From Candidatus Pacearchaeota archaeon (GTDB lineage Archaea; Nanobdellota; Nanobdellia; Pacearchaeales; JAPDKA01), in the NCBI GenBank assembly GCA_038890875.1, contig JAWAFA010000001.1, positions 863 through 64,862 on the forward strand: a stretch of 64,000 nt of DNA, in the 5' to 3' direction. Positions 28,081 through 37,138 of this stretch are shown one piece after another (position 1 is the first letter of the stretch; each line of letters starts with the position of its first letter). The notes beneath the pieces were generated by a model, which saw only the letters and a program-made list of their open reading frames with translations, did not search any database and had not been told where the DNA came from. The translations under genes and the position numbers were made by a program.

Positions 28081-30025
28081 TTTTTGCTTTTTTTACACTC
28101 ACGGCTATGCTCTTAAAATTTGGTGTAAAAGTACTCGGATCAAATCTTGCAGGGATTATTTTATTGATTAGCAATTTGTCTGAATGAAAAGTTGTGGCTA
28201 CAATTTTTTCAGGGATACTTTCACTTAACTTCAAGTTGCCTTCGATTACACCAATTTCACTTCTTACAACAATCCTGTCACCATCGTTAAGCTTAAGCTT
28301 TTTTGCTTGCTTTGGATTTATGAAAAAAGCGTTTTCATCGCTTAGTTTTTGCAAAGTTTTGCTAAGCCTGGTTAGCTCATCAGTTAAAAAATGCCATTTT
28401 GATCTATATGTGACTAACATCAGCGGATACTTTTTGCTTGTTATGCTTTCTATGCCTTTAAATTGTACTGGGACAAATTTAAACCATTTTCGTTGCTTGC
28501 TTGCATAAGAGTCTTCGCCTTCCAAAACTTTTTCCAAGCCCTTATAGTCAGGAATAACTCGAGTGATTTCAGCGAATATTTCGCGAGTACTTTTATAGTT
28601 AAAATATTCTCCCTTACCAAGCATCTTTGCTAGCTTGCAAAATATTTGCCAAGGAGAAAGCAGTTTAGAGCTTACTACTTGCTCAACCTTTCTAACTTTT
28701 CTTTCACCATTAGTTATCGTGCCTTCTTCTTCGAAAAGCATAGGAATAGGCAAAATTAGGTTTGCAAACTTTTCAGCAGTCAAGCTTTTGTGCGCTTGTA
28801 AGCATATCAAAAAAGTTTTTTTAAAAATCTTGTGAACATAATTTAAGTTTGGTAAAGATTGGGATGGATTGAATTCCACCATAACTATAACTTTCACTGG
28901 ATCTTCGAAAATTGCTTCTATTAAATTTTTTCCAAGCCTTGTTTCGAGCTTTACTTTCCATTCTTTCTCAAGAATTGGTAAGGAAACAAGACCATCTGTT
29001 GGTAATCTCTCTGGGCAACATGCCATATCACCAGCCCCTTGCACGTTAACTTCTCCTCGTAAATTAAATAGCTTTGCTTGCTTCAATATTGCAAGATTTA
29101 TCAGCGAGTGTAAGTTTTCATGGCCATAGACATGCTGGGTAAATCCCATACCATGACTAATACCTAGCACTTTTGCACTTGTTATAGTATAAATAAGCTG
29201 TTCAAAGCTAGCATTGTCTATGCCACATATCTCACAAACAAGTTCTTTGTTAAATTCTAAAGCACTCTTTTTAAACGAAGAAAAGTTTTCTATCGCTTCA
29301 ACATCTTTGTTATAAGCCTGTCTTCTTAACAGTTCGGCGATAATGCCATTTAATAATACATAATCTGTTCCTGGGTTTATTAGAAACTTTTGATGACAAG
29401 CCTTAAGCGTTTCACTTTCAATTGATGAGATTCCGATGAGTTTTATTTTGCTTTTTCTTTCTAGAATTTTGTTAAAAAACACAGGATAATTGCTTGCTGG
29501 ATTAGAGCCAATAATTAACAAAGTATCAATTGTGTCGAGCTCTGAAAGGGTTGTTAAGTTGGAATTGCCAAAGTGCTCAAGCATAGCATTTACAGTTGCT
29601 TGATGACAAAGTCGTGAGCAACAGTTATCAACAGAATAGCCAAAAATTCGCGCAAATTTTTCTAAAACATAGTTATTTTCATTTGTTGTTTTGCCCGAGC
29701 CAATAAAAATAACTTCTTGTGCATCAAGATCTTTGATTGCATTGCAAAAAACTTCAAGAGCTTTTTTCCAGTTTATTCGCTTTAACTTCCCATTTTTTCT
29801 TAGCAAAGGCACTTTATATCTTGCTTTATTATAACATTCATGAACGCTAAGCCCTTTTATGCAAGGCTTGCCTTCAGACATGTAATCACTCGAATCACCA
29901 ATAATTCTTACAATCTTGTTGTTTTTTACAACAAAGCCTAGTCGACAGCCACAGCCACAAAAAGGGCAGATACTTTTTACAATTTTTTCTTTTTTATTTT
30001 TTACTTCTTTTTTATCCTTTTCCAT
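28058..30025 (-). CDS. molybdopterin oxidoreductase, formate dehydrogenase alpha-like (Cys-type)
   Basis: N-terminal 4Fe-4S motif CPFCGCGC…C, molybdopterin-binding domains, active-site-like LCHQAT with Cys in the U/C-H position, C-terminal MopB barrel. Start set at MEKDKK because the longer ORF reads through tRNA-Gly. Confidence 0.75.
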   Translation of the reverse strand: MEKDKKEVKNKKEKIVKSICPFCGCGCRLGFVVKNNKIVRIIGDSSDYMSEGKPCIKGLSVHECYNKARYKVPLLRKNGKLKRINWKKALEVFCNAIKDLDAQEVIFIGSGKTTNENNYVLEKFARIFGYSVDNCCSRLCHQATVNAMLEHFGNSNLTTLSELDTIDTLLIIGSNPASNYPVFFNKILERKSKIKLIGISSIESETLKACHQKFLINPGTDYVLLNGIIAELLRRQAYNKDVEAIENFSSFKKSALEFNKELVCEICGIDNASFEQLIYTITSAKVLGISHGMGFTQHVYGHENLHSLINLAILKQAKLFNLRGEVNVQGAGDMACCPERLPTDGLVSLPILEKEWKVKLETRLGKNLIEAIFEDPVKVIVMVEFNPSQSLPNLNYVHKIFKKTFLICLQAHKSLTAEKFANLILPIPMLFEEEGTITNGERKVRKVEQVVSSKLLSPWQIFCKLAKMLGKGEYFNYKSTREIFAEITRVIPDYKGLEKVLEGEDSYASKQRKWFKFVPVQFKGIESITSKKYPLMLVTYRSKWHFLTDELTRLSKTLQKLSDENAFFINPKQAKKLKLNDGDRIVVRSEIGVIEGNLKLSESIPEKIVATTFHSDKLLINKIIPARFDPSTFTPNFKSIAVSVKKAKNEKRKRR

Positions 30026-30033
30026 TCTGCCAC

Positions 30034-30104
30034 TGCGCCAGGCGGGAATCGAACCCGCATTGCAAGCTTGGGAAGCTCGCGTCATACCATTAGACCACTG
30101 GCGC
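30034..30104 (-). tRNA. tRNA-Gly (anticodon CCC)
   Basis: Reverse complement GCGCCAGTGGTCTAATGGTATGACGCGAGCTTCCCAAGCTTGCAATGCGGGTTCGATTCCCGCCTGGCGCA. Acceptor GCGCCAG/CTGGCGC, anticodon loop TTCCCAA, T-loop GGTTCGATTCC. Confidence 0.8.
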
Positions 30105-30142
30105 AATCGATATATTTAAAAAGAGCAACATTAAAAATTTTT

Positions 30143-30877
30143 ATGAAAATAAAAGGGGCAGATTACGAAATAAATCTTGAAGTAATACCAAAACCTAATT
30201 CTGTTATTATTGAAGGCTTTCCTGGCTTCGGATTTGTAAGCACAATAACTTGCAGTTATCTAATAAAACACTTAAATGCAGAATATATAGGAAACATTTT
30301 TACAAAAAAATTCATGCCACTAGCAACAATTCATGAAGACAAATTAATTCAACCAGTTGAAATTTTTTATGATAAGGAGCATAACATAGTCATAATTCAA
30401 TCTTCAATCGGAGTTGAAGGAATAGAATATGACATAGCAGAGATAATTCTAGAATTTGCAAAAAGAATAAAAGCGAGCAAGATTATAACTATTGAGGGAG
30501 TAGCAAGTATAAGAGCAGTATCATCAGAAAAAGTGTATTTCTATACAACAAAAAAGGAATTTGAAAAAGAACTTTTAGAGCAAGGCTTAGAAAAAATAAA
30601 AGAGGGTGTTATTATTGGTGTCACGGGAGCTTTAATTTTAAAGGCTGTTGATTTTCCTTTAGTCGGTTTGTTTATTGAAATTCATGGTGATCTTCCTGAC
30701 AATAAAGCAAGTGCTGAAATAATTAAAGTACTTGACAGTTATCTTAAATTAAAAGTGGACTATAAACCTTTATTAAAAAAAGCTGAGGAAATAGAACAAA
30801 AAATAAAGAGTTTAGTAGAAAAAATAATTAAAGCTAAAGAAGAAAAGAAAAAACTTGGGGTTCCTTATGCAGGGTAA
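30143..30877 (+). CDS. PAC2-family protein (proteasome assembly chaperone-like)
   Basis: VIIEGFPGFGFVSTITCSYLIKHL… motif typical of the PAC2/COG1938 family. Start moved to MKIKG to clear tRNA-Gly. Confidence 0.55.
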   Translation: MKIKGADYEINLEVIPKPNSVIIEGFPGFGFVSTITCSYLIKHLNAEYIGNIFTKKFMPLATIHEDKLIQPVEIFYDKEHNIVIIQSSIGVEGIEYDIAEIILEFAKRIKASKIITIEGVASIRAVSSEKVYFYTTKKEFEKELLEQGLEKIKEGVIIGVTGALILKAVDFPLVGLFIEIHGDLPDNKASAEIIKVLDSYLKLKVDYKPLLKKAEEIEQKIKSLVEKIIKAKEEKKKLGVPYAG

Positions 30878-30890
30878 ATAAATTAAGATT

Positions 30891-31631
30891 ATGACTGAAA
30901 TTTTATTTAAGCTTGTCAATGTAACAAAAAGATTTGGCAAAGTTACTGTTCTTGATAGTCTTAATTTCTCGATACCAAAAGGAAAAATTTTTGGCATCAT
31001 TGGGCCTTCTGGAGCAGGAAAAACAACGTTGTTACGGATTCTCGTAACTTTTTATTCTCCAAGCTCAGGCCAGGTTTTTTTTAATTCAGAAAGACTCAAA
31101 TGGAAAAAAATTAAACATTTTGTTAGTATGTCAACACAGCATGGGAGTTTTTATCCAAATTTAACAGTTGAACAAAATATAAACTTTTTTGGAAGTCTTT
31201 ATGGATTAAGTAAAGAAGTTATAAAACAAAGGGCCTTACCTTTATTAAAAGAACTTGAGATTTATGATAAAAGAAAAGATGTTGCCGGAAATCTTTCCAA
31301 AGGAATGCAAAAAAGACTTGATATAGTTTGTACTTTAATTCCTGATGCTGATCTTATAATTTTCGATGAGCCAATGGAAGATCTTGATCCTATACTCAGA
31401 GAGAAAGTAGTAAGGATAATAAAGAGATTGCATAAGCAAGGAAAATCAATAATAATTTGTTCTCATTTTTTTAAAGAGTTAGAGGAAATTTGTGAAGAGG
31501 TAGTTATGGTTTATAAAGGAAAAATTATAGAGCAAGGAAAATTAAATGAAATAGAAAAAAAATATCGCTGTAAAGATTTAGAAAGTGTGTTTTTTGAAAT
31601 TGCAAGAAAAATGAACGAAAAAAAACAATAA
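30891..31631 (+). CDS. ABC transporter ATP-binding protein
   Basis: Walker A GPSGAGKTT, signature LSKGMQKRLDI, Walker B IIFDEP. Confidence 0.85.
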   Translation: MTEILFKLVNVTKRFGKVTVLDSLNFSIPKGKIFGIIGPSGAGKTTLLRILVTFYSPSSGQVFFNSERLKWKKIKHFVSMSTQHGSFYPNLTVEQNINFFGSLYGLSKEVIKQRALPLLKELEIYDKRKDVAGNLSKGMQKRLDIVCTLIPDADLIIFDEPMEDLDPILREKVVRIIKRLHKQGKSIIICSHFFKELEEICEEVVMVYKGKIIEQGKLNEIEKKYRCKDLESVFFEIARKMNEKKQ

Positions 31632-31632
31632 G

Positions 31633-33177
31633 ATGAGTTGGCAAATAATAAAAAAAGATTGGTTGCTTATAGTTAAGTCGAAACTTGCTCTTTTTTCACT
31701 TTTTCTTCTTCCCGCATTAATAGTCCTAATTCTATCATTTAGTTTAAGTACAGTTGGATTACAGCAGGTTAGACTTTCTTATTATTATGAAAATCTTAGC
31801 ACTAATGCCCTAGCCACAACACAATCTTTGCTAGAATTATTAAAAAGTAAGGGTTATGAAGTAGTCAATGCGAGTAAAGAACGATGTATTGAGAATATAA
31901 AGAGTGGTGGGTGGCATATATGTTTACTAATTAGTCCTGGTTCAACAGAGAACGAATTAACAATTAATATTTATACTGACGCTAGCAGGATTAATTTTGC
32001 TTATACTTTAATAAACCATCTCTCAACTTTGATTCAAATTCGTTCAGAAGAAATTTCTATTGACTTAATCCAAGCAATAATAAATGTTCTCGATACCACA
32101 ACTAAAAAGCTCAATGAGAGTAATAATAAAATAGTTCAGTTAAATAAGAAACTTATTGGTATTACAACAGAAAGCGGAGCGATTATAGCAACTACTAATG
32201 CCATCAATACTGATTTTAACATTAAGGACTTTAAAATTGATAGATTAAATGCGCTTATTGAAGAACTTGGTAATTCAAGTAATCTAACTTCTGACTTTGA
32301 GGATGTTGCTAGTGATATTGAAGCAAAATTAAAAGAGATAGAAAGAAGGTTTAAGGTGATTGAAAGTCAAAAGGGGAGTATTAAAAGTTCGACAAGTAAC
32401 ATAAGTAGAATAGTCGAGGAGATTGTAATAATCTCATCATCCGTGAAAAATACCTCAGAAAGCATTATAAAAGATATAGGGAGTATAAAAGAGAAAAAAC
32501 CAGGAATACTTACAAGCCCAATAAAAACATCAGTAGTATCAGTTACGACAAAAAGTAAGAATATTGATTTTATTCTTCCAGGGTTTCTTACATTTATCAT
32601 AGTTTCTCTCGCCTTGTTTGTCTCTAGCACTTTAACAATCAAAGAAAAAAAATCTAAGGCTTGGTTTAGGCTTTCTTTAACCCCCTTAAGCGATTTATCT
32701 TTCTTCTTTAGTTCTTTTGCTTCATTTTTCCTTATTTTGTTAATCGAGATTATCTTAGCTTTAGCAATTGTTTCTTTCTTTACAAATCTTTTACCAATTT
32801 CAACAATTTTTAGTATTTTACCTCTGATTATTCTCGCCATTGCTTTATTTATTTTCATCGGAATGTTTATAGGAAATATTGCCAAAAGTGAAGAAGTTGT
32901 AATTTTAATAAACTTCTTTATACTTCTCTTTTTCCTTTTCTTTTCCCAGACAATAATGCCTCATGAGATGGTAAAACAAACTTATGGTGTTACAAAAGTG
33001 CTCACTTATTCACCATTTAATATTATTGAGAACAGTCTAAAACAAATGCTTTTTTTTAGGTTTACACTTGCCAAAATTTGGTTTAGTTTGTTTATTCTTG
33101 CTATTTATGCTAGTATTTTCTTTGTTATAGCCCTTTTAACAAAAAAGCTAACAAAACATACTTTAATCTATAGTTAA
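31633..33177 (+). CDS. ABC-2-type permease with large extracytoplasmic coiled-coil loop
   Basis: N-terminal TM, ~280-aa helical extracellular region, six C-terminal TM helices. Starts 2 nt after the ATPase gene. Confidence 0.6.
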   Translation: MSWQIIKKDWLLIVKSKLALFSLFLLPALIVLILSFSLSTVGLQQVRLSYYYENLSTNALATTQSLLELLKSKGYEVVNASKERCIENIKSGGWHICLLISPGSTENELTINIYTDASRINFAYTLINHLSTLIQIRSEEISIDLIQAIINVLDTTTKKLNESNNKIVQLNKKLIGITTESGAIIATTNAINTDFNIKDFKIDRLNALIEELGNSSNLTSDFEDVASDIEAKLKEIERRFKVIESQKGSIKSSTSNISRIVEEIVIISSSVKNTSESIIKDIGSIKEKKPGILTSPIKTSVVSVTTKSKNIDFILPGFLTFIIVSLALFVSSTLTIKEKKSKAWFRLSLTPLSDLSFFFSSFASFFLILLIEIILALAIVSFFTNLLPISTIFSILPLIILAIALFIFIGMFIGNIAKSEEVVILINFFILLFFLFFSQTIMPHEMVKQTYGVTKVLTYSPFNIIENSLKQMLFFRFTLAKIWFSLFILAIYASIFFVIALLTKKLTKHTLIYS

Positions 33178-33219
33178 GTAAACCACAAAACTTTTAAATT
33201 ATTTGTTTATAAAAGAAGA

Positions 33220-33522
33220 ATGAAATTTTGCCCAAAATGTGGTGCTGTTTTAGTAAAAAAAGGAGATAGATGGATTTGTCCTAAAGGAGATTATAAGACT
33301 AGTGAAAAAATAAAAATAGAGAGTACGGAAAAACAGGAGAAAGTCAAGATTGGAGTGATGAAAGAGGGACAAGCTAATGTTTATCCTGTTACTACAGCAA
33401 CTTGCCCAAAGTGTGGGAATGACAAAGCTTACTTCTTCACTATTCAAACTCGTGCAGGAGATGAAGCAGAAACAAGATTCTTTACATGCACAAAGTGCGA
33501 GTATAGATGGAGAGAGTATTAG
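33220..33522 (+). CDS. tfs: transcription factor S / RNAP subunit M (TFIIS-type Zn ribbon)
   Basis: N-terminal CPKCG…C, C-terminal TCPKCGNDKAYFFTIQTRAGDEAETRFFTCTKCEYRW with acidic hairpin. Confidence 0.75.
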   Translation: MKFCPKCGAVLVKKGDRWICPKGDYKTSEKIKIESTEKQEKVKIGVMKEGQANVYPVTTATCPKCGNDKAYFFTIQTRAGDEAETRFFTCTKCEYRWREY

Positions 33523-33632
33523 AAAGGTATTAGAACTAAAGATAAATAGATAGAATAACTTACAATTAACTTGGAATAAATCTTTTTTAATTACTTAAAA
33601 AAACAAAAAAGAAAAAAGAAAAATCTTAATCT

Positions 33633-33962
33633 TTAGGCTTTTCCTAAAGCCCAAAGATTTCTTAGGGCAACAACTATAGTTGCTGGAACGAACAAGTAAA
33701 GGACGTTACTTAATAACCTTCCTAACCATACAGATATTGCAAAAAAGTCCTTGCCCAAAGCTGCAACTATTACCAAAACAACACCTGAAAGCAAGAAAGG
33801 TTGAACCTCGCTTACAGCAATATTAAGTAAACCAATGATCAACCCGATTATTACTAGCGCCCATATTATCCCTGCAGTTGGTTGTATAAATGCAAATATC
33901 ACCGCAAGAATTACTCCTATCAAAAATGCCCAGCTTCCTATTTTATTACTTGCTTTTGCCAT
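33633..33962 (-). CDS. small membrane protein (3 TM)
   Basis: 109 aa, highly hydrophobic. Confidence 0.4.
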   Translation of the reverse strand: MAKASNKIGSWAFLIGVILAVIFAFIQPTAGIIWALVIIGLIIGLLNIAVSEVQPFLLSGVVLVIVAALGKDFFAISVWLGRLLSNVLYLFVPATIVVALRNLWALGKA

Positions 33963-34028
33963 TTTTTACCTCTTTTAGTTTATTTTGTATTTTTTATTTA
34001 GATAGTATATATTTTTAAAGATTTCGAA

Positions 34029-34111
34029 CGCCCAGGGCAGGATTCGAACCTGCATGGCAAAAGCCACACGCTCTCCAGGCGTGCGCGTCTACCAAATTCC
34101 GCCACCTGGGC
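34029..34111 (-). tRNA. tRNA-Ser (anticodon GGA)
   Basis: Reverse complement GCCCAGGTGGCGGAATTTGGTAGACGCGCACGCCTGGAGAGCGTGTGGCTTTTGCCATGCAGGTTCGAATCCTGCCCTGGGCG. Long variable arm, anticodon loop CTGGAGA, discriminator G. Confidence 0.8.
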
Positions 34112-34205
34112 ATTATATTGATTATTTAGTTTTAACTTTAAAAAACTTTTAAGAAAAACTTTTAAGAAACTAAGTCAAGTAAAGAATTAAAAATTTTTAT
34201 TCTTT

Positions 34206-35609
34206 TTATTTTGGCTTACTTTTAAGTAAGCTTGGTTCTTCATAAGGATTGGGATAACTTGCCATTCCATGCGCTTTCTTATAAACATCATAAACAGTAA
34301 AAGTAAATTCTTCCATGCTTTTTTCTGCAATTTTTCTTAACACAGCTTCTGCCCATGTATCACTTTTTCTAACTTTTTCTTTCTCTTTTTCTTTCTCTTT
34401 TTTTTCTTCTTTCTTTTTGAACAAACTTATCAAATCTGTAATGAATCCACCTTCTGTCTGCTCTTTGCTCTCTTTCTCTTTTTCTTCTTTTTTTTCTTCT
34501 TCTTTCTCTTCTAAAAAATGTTTTAAATCTTCGCTTAATGTTAATAATGTTTCTTCTGTAACATCTTGAGTAATCCTTATTATATTTTCAAATTCTTGCT
34601 TCTCAAATTCTTTTATAAAATCATTAAGCTCATCCTCACGAAAGACATAACTTTTAAAATTAATATCTACTTTCCCTCCAAAAGTATAATACGATTCTTT
34701 GCCAGCATATGCTGGGATGCTACGAAAGGAAAAGTCAATAAAGATTACGCCATAGAAAGGCCTAGCTTCCTTAACTTTGATTGATTTAGGAAATTCAGGG
34801 ATGTTATAAGTATATTTTTTCTTGCAAAATAAAAGTAAGTCAAGAAGCATCGTAGAAAAAGCAGAAACAAGACTTGCTTCTTTTGTTTCTTTCATCATCA
34901 GTTGCTCGGCTGCTTTTATATATGGTCTTGCCCATCTTGCATAGAGCTTTAAACTCGCTATCTGGCTTTTTAAGTAAGTTTTCTCTATTTTGAAACGATT
35001 TCTTAACTCTATTTCACTTCGTTTCAGCCATTCATCGAATTCTACAAGCCTGCTTCTTAAGATGTTTTTAACTCGTTCATTCAAATCAAGCCTATCAACA
35101 TCTTCGATGCTTTTAGCAACAAAAAAAGCATCTCTCAATGTAACAAATTCCATCTGAGTTGTTAGTACATTTATTGCTCCTCTACCCTTTTTTATATCTA
35201 CATTCGTAATCCATATCTCTTTTAATGCATTCAAGGCAGCAATTCTTTCTTTTTCATCCTTGCTTTTTAATTTATTATACTGCGCAATTCTTATCTCAAA
35301 CTCTTTAAGATCCCATAACAAATTTATTATGCTTTTTATAACTTGATTTATTGCTCCGAGATATTTCATTGCTTGTTCTTGCATCACACTTGCTCTTCGA
35401 CCTATCTCTGCAAAATAACCACTTCCAGGGCTTGCTGCAAAGCTATCAACAAGCTTCTCCACTTCAAAACCAGCATTGCTCATATAGTCAAGAAGCCAGT
35501 AATAAATTGGCTCCAATTGCTGCACAGGTGAATCATAAACTAAAGAATAGCTAATTAATTCCTTTATTTTTAACTTCTCATTAATTAATTTATATACATC
35601 ATCTTGCAT
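34206..35609 (-). CDS. conserved hypothetical coiled-coil protein (last gene of GTPase operon)
   Basis: 467 aa. N-terminal globular ~100 aa (…SPGSGYFAEIGRR…), long coiled coils, K/E low-complexity segment, conserved-looking C-terminus. 18 nt downstream of the Zn-ribbon gene. Confidence 0.4.
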   Translation of the reverse strand: MQDDVYKLINEKLKIKELISYSLVYDSPVQQLEPIYYWLLDYMSNAGFEVEKLVDSFAASPGSGYFAEIGRRASVMQEQAMKYLGAINQVIKSIINLLWDLKEFEIRIAQYNKLKSKDEKERIAALNALKEIWITNVDIKKGRGAINVLTTQMEFVTLRDAFFVAKSIEDVDRLDLNERVKNILRSRLVEFDEWLKRSEIELRNRFKIEKTYLKSQIASLKLYARWARPYIKAAEQLMMKETKEASLVSAFSTMLLDLLLFCKKKYTYNIPEFPKSIKVKEARPFYGVIFIDFSFRSIPAYAGKESYYTFGGKVDINFKSYVFREDELNDFIKEFEKQEFENIIRITQDVTEETLLTLSEDLKHFLEEKEEEKKEEKEKESKEQTEGGFITDLISLFKKKEEKKEKEKEKEKVRKSDTWAEAVLRKIAEKSMEEFTFTVYDVYKKAHGMASYPNPYEEPSLLKSKPK

Positions 35610-35627
35610 CTTGCCACTTTACTTCTT

Positions 35628-35993
35628 TTATTTTTTACTTTCTTTCATCAACTGAAAAGTTGAGGCGATATCGATTATGTATTTGCCTTCTTCAAGTTTA
35701 TAGATTACAGGACTTCCTTTAAAAAGCTTGACCAAATCAATTTCATATTTTCCTGGCTTTATCGCTCTTATCGCTTCTAAATCAAGGATGACTGGTTTAT
35801 CTTCATTTTCTCCAATAATATCTTTTATCTCTTTTTCAATTTCATTAACTTGAGCTTTATCAAGCTGTATTTCTATTTGTTTCGGTTTTTCTTTGAAAAA
35901 ATAAAAAAGTCTACCCCTACACTTCGAGCAACCCTTAAATACAACATCAGCTTCTTCATAAATAGTCCCACAGCGTATACATTGATGAGGCAT
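35628..35993 (-). CDS. Zn-ribbon protein (DUF2072-like)
   Basis: MPHQCIRCGTIYEEADVVFKGCSKCRGRLFYF C4 ribbon plus a ~80-aa C-terminal domain. Confidence 0.5.
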   Translation of the reverse strand: MPHQCIRCGTIYEEADVVFKGCSKCRGRLFYFFKEKPKQIEIQLDKAQVNEIEKEIKDIIGENEDKPVILDLEAIRAIKPGKYEIDLVKLFKGSPVIYKLEEGKYIIDIASTFQLMKESKK

Positions 35994-36055
35994 AAGTTAA
36001 AACCTTAATTGAGTTAAAAAACTTATCGCTTCGTTAAAGAAGCTATTAAACAAAC

Positions 36056-36442
36056 TCAACCAAGTTTCAAAAAAAGCTCGAGCTTTTTTATATCTTTTTT
36101 AACTTCTTTGATTATTGTTGCTGGTCCAATCAGCGTTAACATATCACGATCACCGATAAGAAAATCAGCAAGGCCCTTTCTCAGCTTCAATAAAAGACCT
36201 GCATCAGCAAGCTTTGGGTTTAGTGTTTCAATTTCTATGCCTCTAAACTTCTTGCTCTTGCCAATCTTCTTCATACTTTCCTCTATTAAATCTTTCTCTT
36301 CCTCGGGGCTAAGCTTTCCTTGCAAGATCAAAATTTTATCTTCAGCAACACTATCAATAAGAAATTTAACTCTTCTAAAAGGGCTAAGACTCATTAGTTG
36401 TGAATGCGGCACAAATTGCAACTTTAATCCCTTGATTTTCAT
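36056..36442 (-). CDS. conserved archaeal protein (DUF2073-like)
   Basis: 128 aa. Start lies 2 nt after the GTPase stop. No catalytic motif seen. Confidence 0.4.
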   Translation of the reverse strand: MKIKGLKLQFVPHSQLMSLSPFRRVKFLIDSVAEDKILILQGKLSPEEEKDLIEESMKKIGKSKKFRGIEIETLNPKLADAGLLLKLRKGLADFLIGDRDMLTLIGPATIIKEVKKDIKKLELFLKLG

Positions 36443-36443
36443 T

Positions 36444-37094
36444 TTATCTTCTTCTCGCTTTTTTTATTGTATTAAAGAGAGTTTCATAAAATTCTTCCAT
36501 GTTTTTACCATATTTTGCAGAGATACCAACAACTTCATATTCTGGAAAAGCGGCTTCAACTGCTTTTATATTGGCCCTTTTTAAATCAATCTTATTTGCA
36601 GCAATAATCAGAGGGATTTTACGAGCAGCGATATTACCTATCACAGTTATGTTAACTTGACTGTAAGGGTTTTCACAGGCATCAAGCACAACGACAATTA
36701 TATCCATATCATCAAGCCATTTTATTGCCTCAATTACACCGCGTGTTGCTTCTTCAGCTCTTTTCTTTGATTCTTTTTTGCTTAGACCATATTTAAGAAA
36801 GTTTTCATAATCAACTTTAGTTGCAATTCCAGGAGTATCAACTAGCTTGAACATAACACTTTTGCCTTTATAATCTACTTTTACTGCTTCTTTAACAATT
36901 ACCTCTCTCGTTTCATGAGGAATCTTACTCACAGTTCCAACTTCTTCCCCAATCCAATCTTTACAAATTCTATTAGCAAGAGTTGTCTTACCAGCATTCG
37001 GTGGACCATAAAAGCCAAGCTTTATCTCTCTCTTAACAGAAAAAAGATTCAAAAAAATTCTTTTAAAAAAATTTGTTATAATGTGAATGGGCAT
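36444..37094 (-). CDS. Ras-like small GTPase
   Basis: G1 GPPNAGKTT, G3 DTPG, G4 NKID, G5 SAK. ~216 aa. Confidence 0.7.
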   Translation of the reverse strand: MPIHIITNFFKRIFLNLFSVKREIKLGFYGPPNAGKTTLANRICKDWIGEEVGTVSKIPHETREVIVKEAVKVDYKGKSVMFKLVDTPGIATKVDYENFLKYGLSKKESKKRAEEATRGVIEAIKWLDDMDIIVVVLDACENPYSQVNITVIGNIAARKIPLIIAANKIDLKRANIKAVEAAFPEYEVVGISAKYGKNMEEFYETLFNTIKKARRR

Positions 37095-37138
37095 TCTCTT
37101 TTTTATTTTTACCTTATTTTATTTATTTTTTTTAACTT

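Noticed and set aside
30026-30142. N-terminal extensions of ORFs 28058..30106 (-) and 30068..30877 (+)
   Set aside because: Both read through tRNA-Gly (…SNGMTRASQACNAGSIPAWRSG… / …PLAQSIYLKRATL…). Starts were moved to the first Met outside the tRNA.
30860-30877. HbYX proteasome-docking motif at the PAC2 C-terminus
   Set aside because: The protein ends …LGVPYAG. Tyr is not in the penultimate position, so there is no canonical HbYX.
35343-35554. Two small + strand ORFs inside the 467-aa coiled-coil gene
   Set aside because: Antisense to a well-supported long ORF and with no motif.
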